A stretch of 35,302 bases of DNA, taken from assembly GCA_964402035.1 (NCBI GenBank), contig CAYOAM010000003.1, positions 228,657-263,958 on the forward strand, read 5' to 3'. The notes under the pieces were generated by a model, which saw nothing but the letters and a program-made list of their open reading frames with translations, had not been told where the DNA came from and did not search any database. Below are positions 8,978 through 17,288 of this stretch, piece by piece; position 1 is the first letter of the stretch, and every line of letters starts with the position of its first letter. The translations under genes were made by a program, and so were the position numbers. The DNA comes from an uncultured Candidatus Saccharibacteria bacterium (GTDB lineage Bacteria; Patescibacteriota; Minisyncoccia; Phycocordibacterales; UBA918).

Positions 8978-9592
8978 TTATGTAGTGTCCTTGTATCGAT
9001 GTTTTTGCCAGTCACCTCTCATATACTCATCAAATTGGTTAGTGTCTTTGATTTTGTTGAAAATGACAGCTGTGTAAATATCAAGACCTGTAATATTGTT
9101 CCGGTACTTCTTCCCGTCGAAGTAGTGTTTCTTAATTTCTAGAATGAGATTCACTTTCTCTGGATGTTTCAATAATTTCTTTTCAAAATTCTTTGTTGTT
9201 TGTAAAACGTACCGTGAATATGCGCTTGCTTCATCTAAGTACCAAATATCAATTTTCCAATTCTTGTTTTCATAAAAAATGTGAAGTTCCCAGTAATAAC
9301 CGTTAGGAGTGTCCCTCCTGAAGAATTTTTTGAAATCTGAAAATGAAACGGTGTTGAAAATCTCACTCTTCACCAGCTGAGAAGTGAGGTTCTCTGCTGC
9401 AGCCCTATTTATCTTGGGCGACATTACCAATAAATCTATATCCTCTCTGTACATTACGCGTAATCGTAAACTGCCAATAATTTCCGTGTGACCCAAGTGC
9501 ATTAGGAGTGCTGGCAGGTTTGTTTTTTTAAGTATTGAATGTGCGGACTCGATTAATTTCTTGGATTTATTTGATAAATATAATTGTCGCAT
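8978..9592 (-). CDS. Pol-beta superfamily nucleotidyltransferase-like protein
   Basis: IIGSLRLRVMYREDIDL (GS...DxD) with a third acidic residue in WKIDIW. Confidence 0.7.
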   Translation of the reverse strand: MRQLYLSNKSKKLIESAHSILKKTNLPALLMHLGHTEIIGSLRLRVMYREDIDLLVMSPKINRAAAENLTSQLVKSEIFNTVSFSDFKKFFRRDTPNGYYWELHIFYENKNWKIDIWYLDEASAYSRYVLQTTKNFEKKLLKHPEKVNLILEIKKHYFDGKKYRNNITGLDIYTAVIFNKIKDTNQFDEYMRGDWQKHRYKDTT

Positions 9593-9605
9593 AAACTAAG
9601 AAAAG

Positions 9606-10475
9606 TTATATGGCTGGGAGAGATTTTGCTTTACATAACATTATGCCATCTGTTGGTAAAGATACTTGCCCCAAGGGAGTCTCGGTGATAAGGCTTCGTG
9701 GGGGAATGTTGATTATAATCTTGTACTTATTATCTAACATCTCCACTAACTGTTCGTTCATCCACTCACGAGGTTTATCCGGTACCGAATGCACTCCAAT
9801 CATAAGGTAGTCGACACACCCATCCTCACGTATTGCAGATGAGTGGAGTATTGCGTCCCTCTCCGATCCTTGAATATCCATATGGATAAGATTGAGGTGC
9901 TTCACATTATACATTTTTAATACTGTATCGATGGTATAGGAAGGTACTTCTATGTTTCCTTTACTACTCACGCCGGCACCGTAGTAACTTGCCGGATCAA
10001 ATCTTGCGTCAAATTTGCAAACCCCATTTTCCCCTGTTATTGCCCCATGAAGCACGTGGCCGGCAATATTTTGCGATAAAAAATGATCCTTCGTCCATTT
10101 GTAGTGAGTCGGTTCTGCTTCAACTGCTAGACATAAATATCTTTGTGCTACTGTCGGTATTAACTTGTAATCTATCACACCAGCAAAAGACAGCGACCAG
10201 TCACCTCTCCCAGCACCAAGCTCCATAAAAGAAACATTCTCATCGGTGAATTCATGAATAACATTGAGAAAGAGTTGTATCTCGAACATTCCTTCTGTAA
10301 GAATGCCGGGGCCTGTTGGTGTTAGTACCCCAGGAATCTTTTTAATAGCAGAGCGGAATTGTTCAGAACGAGATTCTTTTTTCTGGTAATATCCATGCCA
10401 TCGTTTTTCCCAATACTGCCCATCGAGGGTTGAATCCGTCCTCGGTGACTTTATATCGAATAATCGTAAGTACAT
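9606..10475 (-). CDS. FkbM-family SAM methyltransferase
   Basis: FMELGAGRGDW, AVEAEP, VPSYTID, LIHMDIQGSE; start uncertain (10475 or 10499). Confidence 0.85.
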   Translation of the reverse strand: MYLRLFDIKSPRTDSTLDGQYWEKRWHGYYQKKESRSEQFRSAIKKIPGVLTPTGPGILTEGMFEIQLFLNVIHEFTDENVSFMELGAGRGDWSLSFAGVIDYKLIPTVAQRYLCLAVEAEPTHYKWTKDHFLSQNIAGHVLHGAITGENGVCKFDARFDPASYYGAGVSSKGNIEVPSYTIDTVLKMYNVKHLNLIHMDIQGSERDAILHSSAIREDGCVDYLMIGVHSVPDKPREWMNEQLVEMLDNKYKIIINIPPRSLITETPLGQVSLPTDGIMLCKAKSLPAI

Positions 10476-10661
10476 ATTAAGAATGTGTCTGTATTGCAAC
10501 TTTGGGTTTTTCTACTGCGAAGATCTACGAATCTTATCATAAGTCATATGCTCATTAAACCTTGCTCAAAATATAGGCTTTTCTTCCTAATGCAACAAGA
10601 TCAACACATGCATTTAAGCGTTCTGGGTGATTAATGATTCCCCATGCTATAGTATGGGCGT

Positions 10662-11378
10662 ATGATGGCCGAGAGTGCTCTAAAACTGGTTGGGGATGTT
10701 TTGCATGCCACGTATACTCCTAATCTGAGTATACTTTGTGATATTGATGAGCTAATTCTGCGGAATCGTGACATTTTCTTCCCCCGCAATGTGTATTCTG
10801 GAAATAAATCAGGTCCTACGTTCGCAGGAGAACAGCCGGTTCGCTATGAAGAAATGCCGTTTGCTGATTATGTATGGAAGATATCTGTAGATACTAGACA
10901 TGGGATGATTCTTGAGGAGTTGATTGTGAGGCTTTCCATCAAACATATATTAGAAATCGGGACAGGTTTCGGTGTTTCCACTTCATATCTGCTAAGTGGT
11001 TTACAGAGAAATTCAGAGAGACATACTCCTCATCTTGTTACCTTTGAATTGAGGAGTAAACTCTTCCAGTATATCTGGTTTCTATTGAAGAGATATCCAA
11101 AAGAATATTGGCAAGCAATACATTCTGACGCAGAGATTATTCTTCCCCTCATAAACATGGAATTCCAGATGGCTTTTATTGATGCTGGACACGAGTACGA
11201 TCAGTCAATTTCTTTATGGAATGCGCTAAAGTATAAAATAACTAGTGGGGGGTGTGTAGTATTCGACGACATTTATTGGTCTGAAGATATGAAGCGCGTG
11301 TGGCAGTATATTTCGCAAGACCCAATCATACATGGTACACATCAGACAAATAGGTTTGGTATTGGCATAATTCGATGA
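10662..11378 (+). CDS. class I SAM-dependent O-methyltransferase (Methyltransf_24-like)
   Basis: ILEIGTGFGVST, AFIDAGHEY, GGCVVFDDIYWS..M...W. Confidence 0.88.
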   Translation: MMAESALKLVGDVLHATYTPNLSILCDIDELILRNRDIFFPRNVYSGNKSGPTFAGEQPVRYEEMPFADYVWKISVDTRHGMILEELIVRLSIKHILEIGTGFGVSTSYLLSGLQRNSERHTPHLVTFELRSKLFQYIWFLLKRYPKEYWQAIHSDAEIILPLINMEFQMAFIDAGHEYDQSISLWNALKYKITSGGCVVFDDIYWSEDMKRVWQYISQDPIIHGTHQTNRFGIGIIR

Positions 11379-13366
11379 ATGTTTTTTCACCAAAATACAC
11401 GAAGTATTCGGTTGTATTACCGACTTACAATCGTACAATTGATTTAGAGCGAGCTCTTTTGGCGCTCGTGAGACAGACCATACCCCTCGATGAAGTTGAA
11501 GTTCTCGTAGTTGACGATGGGTCTTCAGGAAATGGTTTGGAGAATCAACAAATAATCAAAAAGATTCAAGAGTATAATAGAAAAATTGTAATCAAATATT
11601 TTTACAAAAAAAATGGTGGTAATGCCAGCGCACGAAATTTAGGGATTCGGAATGCAATTGGGGAAATAATATTTTCAACAGATGATGATGTTGAGGTTCC
11701 GCCATATTGGATGGAAAAAATACTTGAAGGGTTCAGACTTTTTCCAGCTGCTGTCGGTGTCGGAGGCGTGTATCATTATACTGCAGAAGATATACAAGCA
11801 AATATCTTTGCAAGGTTTTATGCAAATTTTGATAAGAAATATTTTCCACGTACTGATATTTCTGTAGTGTATTCCAATTATTCGGGTGGTTACAATCGAG
11901 CAGGAAATACTGCAAATATGGCTTATAAGAAAAGCGTATTTAAAAAAATTGGTTTATTTGATGAAAATATTTCATATACAGGTCAAACAGATTGGGAGTT
12001 TAGAACAAGATGTCTTGCTTATGGTTTTGGACTTGTAACGTTACCCCTAGATATCGTGCACCATAAAAAGTTCACTCTTAAGAAGTTTATTTTAAAATCA
12101 ATTGCACAAGGACGAGGTCAAAATTTTTGTGATACAAAATATCCTGACAGACCTGAATACAAGAAGACACAGACTATTTTAGGAATCTTCGAGTTGTATT
12201 CCGAATGGATACACGTCCCTCCCTATGCAGGTAGTTCCGGGATTTTTCTATTGTATCTCGTGTGTCGTTTAATCGGTAGGTACCTCAATATTTTTTTAAG
12301 ACATTATCCTAAAAGTGTCATATATCAACAAGCGTTTGACCGTAGGTTTATGTGCATGTATGACTCGTCGTTTCACCTCATAGAGGAAGTCTGGACATCT
12401 CCTCGCCCCAGCAAAGAGTACGCACCCCTATCTCGATCGAATAATCTTATTGTAACTGTAATTATACCTACATACAATCGAATTGGATCATTACTCGAAA
12501 CTCTCAGTGCGTGTGTTGCTCAGAGTATATCTAGAGAATCATATGAGATTATTGTTGTTGATGATGGATCAACGGATGGTACTTACGAAATAGTTTCTGA
12601 TTACTTTAAAAAAAAGAATTTTACCAATGCTTCTATAATAAAACTCGTAACTAATAGTGGTCCTTCGCATGCGAGGAATGTCGGTGTGGGTAATGCAAAA
12701 GGCAACATTATTGCTTTTACTGATGACGATTGTGTGCCTCCAAAAGACTGGATTTCGAAAATGATGTTAATTTTTTATGAACATCCTGAAACCTGTATCG
12801 TTGCTGGTTGGCATCACACTCCCAACCCATCGGACTTTAGTCGCATCTATAACGACAACTACTATGCAGTCTTTTTTCCACACGTAGCAAAACATCTACT
12901 TTTCACAAGAGGTTCATTTTCTCATAATGGTGTTAATACAGCCAATCTTGCGGTGAGAAAATACGCGTTTAATTCATTGGGTGGATTTAACGAATCGATG
13001 AAGCGATTTGAAGATACTGATTTTGGCACAAGGGCAATTCACAAAGGACTAGTGGTATGTTATTCGGGGATAATGGTGTTGCATCAAAAGAATCTGAATC
13101 TGGCTCAATTCTTAAGTCAAGGAGAAGAGAAGGCTGAAAGTATGATGCAGTGGCTGGGTCAGTGTGAGATGGTTCCCTTAAAAATCGTGAGAAATTACTT
13201 CAATCCCGGTCTAGCATGGATTCATTTTTTGAGGCTGTTTCCGTTTATATTTGCAAATCGAAAAAAGGAATGGGCGCGATTTCTGTATCGGGTAATTTTT
13301 TACAGGAAGTTCCTTGAGTATTTTCCTGATAAGAGAGCTTCCTTTATAAAAAGACTGCATTATTAA
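11375..13366 (+). CDS. tandem two-domain GT2 glycosyltransferase
   Basis: Two copies of the GT2 motif set: VLPTYNR/IIPTYNR, VVDDGS, ARNLG/ARNVG, TDDD, NTAN, GLFDE/GGFNE. Confidence 0.92.
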   Translation: MNVFSPKYTKYSVVLPTYNRTIDLERALLALVRQTIPLDEVEVLVVDDGSSGNGLENQQIIKKIQEYNRKIVIKYFYKKNGGNASARNLGIRNAIGEIIFSTDDDVEVPPYWMEKILEGFRLFPAAVGVGGVYHYTAEDIQANIFARFYANFDKKYFPRTDISVVYSNYSGGYNRAGNTANMAYKKSVFKKIGLFDENISYTGQTDWEFRTRCLAYGFGLVTLPLDIVHHKKFTLKKFILKSIAQGRGQNFCDTKYPDRPEYKKTQTILGIFELYSEWIHVPPYAGSSGIFLLYLVCRLIGRYLNIFLRHYPKSVIYQQAFDRRFMCMYDSSFHLIEEVWTSPRPSKEYAPLSRSNNLIVTVIIPTYNRIGSLLETLSACVAQSISRESYEIIVVDDGSTDGTYEIVSDYFKKKNFTNASIIKLVTNSGPSHARNVGVGNAKGNIIAFTDDDCVPPKDWISKMMLIFYEHPETCIVAGWHHTPNPSDFSRIYNDNYYAVFFPHVAKHLLFTRGSFSHNGVNTANLAVRKYAFNSLGGFNESMKRFEDTDFGTRAIHKGLVVCYSGIMVLHQKNLNLAQFLSQGEEKAESMMQWLGQCEMVPLKIVRNYFNPGLAWIHFLRLFPFIFANRKKEWARFLYRVIFYRKFLEYFPDKRASFIKRLHY

Positions 13367-14064
13367 TATACAATGCGGTGTTTATGATTCTCTTTGAATT
13401 GAGTAAATAAATTTCTATTGTACAGCTCTTCATTACTTACTTCTCCTTGGAGAGATCTCCAGTGCGAATGATGCTTGATTGTATAACATTGATCTAAACC
13501 TAAGTATGTCCAGGGTTCTAAGGTGCTATCACCACATAAATAAAACAGGACGTTGTCCCAGCGCGAGTGACCAGGAACAAATGCGGGGATATGGTCGCGA
13601 ATGTGGAACCACCATTTTTTTGAAAATATAAACATGTCAAAACCATAATCCCTAACAGGGTGAAGTGTTATTTCTTCTCTATTGAGAAAACTATCGGGTA
13701 TGTTGGGTATGATACGAGCTTTGCATGCATAGGCGTGCAAATGTTGATGCTGGTGGGTTTTAAAAATATGAAATATCGAAGCCGAAAAGTTGCTCGGAAT
13801 CACACATATATCGCTATTTGAAAAACAAAAGTAATCATAGTCATTGTTGTGTTCGATGCCAAAATCGATAATTGACTTTATGGTTGGTAACTTTCGATTT
13901 GAAAAATCAATCAAGGGCAGATTCTTATCGGAGATGGGAAATTTGCTGAAAAAACCACTTCTATACTGGTACTCCCAGGTTTGTTGCGCAAAAAGATTTC
14001 TCATGTTCTCTGCGCTTTCAGATTTGTACTCACTAAAGATATGTAAAATTCTGTTATTGTTCAT
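13363..14064 (-). CDS. hypothetical protein, possible GT-A fold
   Basis: 233-aa ORF with FSNSDI, GFDMFIF, G..RWDN and a late H-rich motif, resembling nucleotide-sugar transferase folds; weak call. Confidence 0.55.
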   Translation of the reverse strand: MNNNRILHIFSEYKSESAENMRNLFAQQTWEYQYRSGFFSKFPISDKNLPLIDFSNRKLPTIKSIIDFGIEHNNDYDYFCFSNSDICVIPSNFSASIFHIFKTHQHQHLHAYACKARIIPNIPDSFLNREEITLHPVRDYGFDMFIFSKKWWFHIRDHIPAFVPGHSRWDNVLFYLCGDSTLEPWTYLGLDQCYTIKHHSHWRSLQGEVSNEELYNRNLFTQFKENHKHRIVY

Positions 14065-14307
14065 TATGCATAGTATGAAGTATTTGCGTTTTGATGTCTA
14101 TGTTAGGACGAGTGGTGAAGGGTATCTGTATACCATTGCTAGACTGCGCAAGAGACTGACAAAAAAGTGTGTTTATTGGCACTAGCTGATTCTCAAGGTG
14201 TGCTCCGTACACAGATATTCCTTGACATTTCAATCTAGCAATGTATTGTGCTAAGTAGAAGGGTCGACGTACCTTGAAATGATTTAGCTCTCTGGAAGGA
14301 GATAGAC

Positions 14308-15687
14308 ATGTACAAGAAGTTGTTCGCGGCCTTGGTCCTGATCATTATCTCCTTTGGGGCAAGTGCTCAGGCACCCAATTGCTACACGCCACTTTTTCAC
14401 AATACTCGTCTCGTCAATTCAGGTGATCTTGTGTCGCAAAAGATGCAGGTACTCTCTGGCTGGTGGAAAGGCATCTATCAGATAGGCAATACACCAGTGT
14501 GTATGGTGATAGTGGTGGAAGAGGTATTGCCGGGTGGTGCGTCTGCTCGTGTCGTATACAGTGGTCGGACCCCCAGTGGTGGAACCCGTCTATTACGGAC
14601 GACAGGTACTGTATCCTCCACTTCGCAGGATTCATTCGTTCTGCGGCATCGTCTTTTCGACCATACGGGTCGCGGTGACGCCACTATGACCTACTACGTC
14701 CATAGTGACGGCTCTGCCCAGGTAGAATTCTACGCCGGATCGGCTTCCGGGACTACTTACCCGAAAGCATCCCTTGCACGCATGGGAAGACAGCCTGTCG
14801 TTCAGCTTCCCGGACCGTTGGGTATTTCGAATCACCAGCTCGTGAAAACAGGACTGTTCGTTGGTGATTTTGAACAGCAAAGATCCTTTGCCGTCATCGT
14901 TGATTCGGTGGCAGAAGGAAAAGTGCGTGGTCGCTACCTCGAAGGGTCGTACTCTGGGGATGAAAGAACTCTCCTCCCCTTTGAGGCATTGGTAGATGCG
15001 GCTGGTACGTTTACTTTCGACAATAGCAACAATACACACGCCAATGTGCGTACAGTCTTCACTCTCTCAGCGCGTGCAGACATGTTCGATGCAGTGGCGC
15101 ATCCACAGTACAAGCGGCAGCAAGTAGCAGTACTCGAAAGAAGTATTTCTAGCGAGAGTCGGCCGCAGACCGGGGAGGCGCTTTTCTCGCAAGGGGAAGG
15201 CATACTTCGTGGCCAAGACGCCAAGAAAAGTACCTCGGAAACCGTACGAGGAATTGCCCTCATTCGGCAGTCTGCTGAAGCGGGGCACTCTTCTGCACAA
15301 GCGATGCTCGCAAGTGTATATCGGAACGGGCAGTTTGGCATTAGTGCTGACTACAAGGAGGCCTTACGTTGGGCAACTGCGGCGGTGAAAGGTGGCAATA
15401 TTGGTGCCCTCCTGGATCTTGCAGTTTTGTATCAAGACGGTCTCGGGATCGGTCATGATTTTGCTCAAGCGGGCCATCTTTTGGAACGTTGCGTGAATAT
15501 AGCTCCCGAAAATTCCTGGTGCCATCTCCGCCTTGGGAGATTGTACAAAGAAGGATTGGGAGTAGTACTAGATCTCGATCGAGCCAAGAAGCATTTCGAG
15601 ACCGCCTTAGCACAAGGAAACCCTTATGCCAAGGATGCATTACGCAAGCTGGGTGAACCTGTCCCGAAGGTGGCGCAGGGAGGATAG
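14308..15687 (+). CDS. secreted Sel1-like repeat protein
   Basis: Signal peptide ending ASA-Q; C-terminal repeats SAEAGHSSAQAMLASVY.NG, A..DLAVLYQDGLG, LGRLYKEGLGV..D...A..HF..A..QGN; GAAGGAG SD. Confidence 0.88.
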   Translation: MYKKLFAALVLIIISFGASAQAPNCYTPLFHNTRLVNSGDLVSQKMQVLSGWWKGIYQIGNTPVCMVIVVEEVLPGGASARVVYSGRTPSGGTRLLRTTGTVSSTSQDSFVLRHRLFDHTGRGDATMTYYVHSDGSAQVEFYAGSASGTTYPKASLARMGRQPVVQLPGPLGISNHQLVKTGLFVGDFEQQRSFAVIVDSVAEGKVRGRYLEGSYSGDERTLLPFEALVDAAGTFTFDNSNNTHANVRTVFTLSARADMFDAVAHPQYKRQQVAVLERSISSESRPQTGEALFSQGEGILRGQDAKKSTSETVRGIALIRQSAEAGHSSAQAMLASVYRNGQFGISADYKEALRWATAAVKGGNIGALLDLAVLYQDGLGIGHDFAQAGHLLERCVNIAPENSWCHLRLGRLYKEGLGVVLDLDRAKKHFETALAQGNPYAKDALRKLGEPVPKVAQGG

Positions 15688-15704
15688 TGGAGTCTACGTA
15701 GAAG

Positions 15705-15736
15705 GTGCGCGATTTACAGGAATCGCGCACTTTTTT
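15705..15736 (+). terminator. intrinsic terminator between convergent genes
   Basis: GTGCGCGATT-TACAGG-AATCGCGCAC followed by TTTTTT. Confidence 0.8.
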
Positions 15737-15740
15737 AATT

Positions 15741-16949
15741 TCACTTATCTAGCTTTTCAAGAAGGTTACGTGCCTGATGTGCATCACGTGGTGATATGTC
15801 GATTGCTTTTTGATAGCTCGTTATGGCGTCCTTACTGCGACCAAGTTTCTCGTATATTTTTCCAAGGATAATGTAGGGTTGATTGTATACACCGTGAAAT
15901 TCTGGCGCATTAAAATTGAACATAAAACCAGGGAAAGATCCTGAAGGTTTGTCGAGGTCTTTATTTAATGAGACGGCTTTTTCAGCATAAGTGAGTGCGT
16001 CTTGGTGCTTCCCTAGTTCATAGAGTGCTGTCGCGAGAAAGAAATATGTATTCACTTGCACAAAACGGGGGAAGTCGGGTGATGTAAATGTCGAATCCAC
16101 TGCAACTGTTTTGAGTGTCCCTAAGGCTTCTTCGTAGTGCCCTCTTAGTACCAAATCAACCCCTGTAAGATATTTTTCTATAAGCTTTTGTGACACCTCC
16201 ATTGAGGTGGTTCGAGGGGGGTACATTTTTTGAGACTTTTCACTAAAGAAAGATGGGGCGGGATTGCGTAATGGTTCCACGACAATGAATGGCAACGGCC
16301 TCCCTGCCTCAATACTGAAGGCAGCATAGATATCTTTAAAGGACATAGAAAAATTATTTCCATACCAGTAGTGATGCAAGATCACATTTTTATGTTCCGT
16401 ATCAATTCCTATAAACACAACCACCGTGTCGGATTGCTTTTCAGGGGATATCTGACTACTTGGCGGCATGAAAAGTAGTAAGGGGACGTTGCTTTTTGGA
16501 CTAAGGAAGCGTGCGGTTTCCTCAAGGGTCATGGGCATTACGTGGGCGCTCATTTTCCCAATCTGAGAAAAATAGTCAACGAGTGATTCGGACGTCGTGC
16601 GATTAGTTCGCGGGTTGGGGCGTACATGAAGTAGGCTGCTAGGGGTTATTGCTGTATTCTCCCAGTATTCTCCCAACATTAGGATTGCCGCAGCAATATC
16701 GCTAATAAATAAATCATCTGCAGTACTCTTCGTATAAAACCCCTTGTATGGGACACCGGGAATTATGTAATTCGTCTTTTTTTCTGCAGTGACAGTGTCC
16801 AATGTTTGTATTGGTTGGGTATCTTTCTTCAAAATGAAAAAAAAGATACCTGAAATACTTATAATAAAAAAAAGAATAAGGAGTAAAATTTTTTTCTGTA
16901 TAGTAAGCACGATATTAATTTTACGTGATAAAATATTACGTATTGCCAT
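15741..16949 (-). CDS. membrane-anchored C39-like (degenerate) peptidase domain plus TPR repeats
   Basis: N-terminal TM; IPGVPY, AAAILMLGEYW, VPLLL, VVVFIGID, ILHHYWYG..FSMSF match a C39_2-like scaffold; C-terminal TPRs (LATALYELGKHQDALTYAEKA; LGKIYEKLGRSKDAITSYQKAIDISP). Confidence 0.72.
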   Translation of the reverse strand: MAIRNILSRKINIVLTIQKKILLLILFFIISISGIFFFILKKDTQPIQTLDTVTAEKKTNYIIPGVPYKGFYTKSTADDLFISDIAAAILMLGEYWENTAITPSSLLHVRPNPRTNRTTSESLVDYFSQIGKMSAHVMPMTLEETARFLSPKSNVPLLLFMPPSSQISPEKQSDTVVVFIGIDTEHKNVILHHYWYGNNFSMSFKDIYAAFSIEAGRPLPFIVVEPLRNPAPSFFSEKSQKMYPPRTTSMEVSQKLIEKYLTGVDLVLRGHYEEALGTLKTVAVDSTFTSPDFPRFVQVNTYFFLATALYELGKHQDALTYAEKAVSLNKDLDKPSGSFPGFMFNFNAPEFHGVYNQPYIILGKIYEKLGRSKDAITSYQKAIDISPRDAHQARNLLEKLDK

Positions 16950-17235
16950 CAGAAAGTGAGCCGGAACTTGCAGCGCATTGTGCGGCGTCGCCTATACATC
17001 CTGTTCCGCAAGCTGTTGCAGGTGGTCCATCTCGATCGATACCTAGAATTACAGAATCGGGTGGTGTATCAGCGTGTGCGTTATAACCAAATAGTCCAAC
17101 GGCCGCGTCGCTTAAGCCATCCAGATTTTCATCATGCGACGTTCCCCAGAATCGAAATCCTGAAAGGAAAAATATGCTGACTAGAAAAAAACCACGGAGT
17201 AGTAAATTTCGAGCCTTCTTTTTTATGTAAACCAT
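16936..17235 (-). CDS. candidate RiPP precursor peptide with N-terminal signal/TM segment and Cys/Ser/Thr/Gly-rich C-terminus
   Basis: Basic N-terminus plus hydrophobic helix, AHA-D site, C-terminus PPATACGTGCIGDAAQCAASSGSLSDGNT; TGTATAAT upstream; divergent from ycaO; overlaps the next gene by 14 bp. Confidence 0.65.
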   Translation of the reverse strand: MVYIKKKARNLLLRGFFLVSIFFLSGFRFWGTSHDENLDGLSDAAVGLFGYNAHADTPPDSVILGIDRDGPPATACGTGCIGDAAQCAASSGSLSDGNT

Positions 17236-17288
17236 ATCGCATTTATTATACACCTTCTATTTTGCATAAGGTAGTGTATGATCTGCAC
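17236..17288. promoter_or_regulatory. back-to-back divergent promoters for the precursor and ycaO operons
   Basis: Minus-strand TATAAT at 17245-17250, 9 nt before the precursor ATG; plus-strand TATGAT at 17277-17282, 6 nt before the ycaO ATG; no SD. Confidence 0.55.

Noticed and set aside
8978-9592. CCA-adding enzyme or CBASS cyclase (no tRNA here encodes CCA)
   Set aside because: Too short, lacks class II CCA motifs (RRD) and has no adjacent CBASS effector; left as a generic nucleotidyltransferase.
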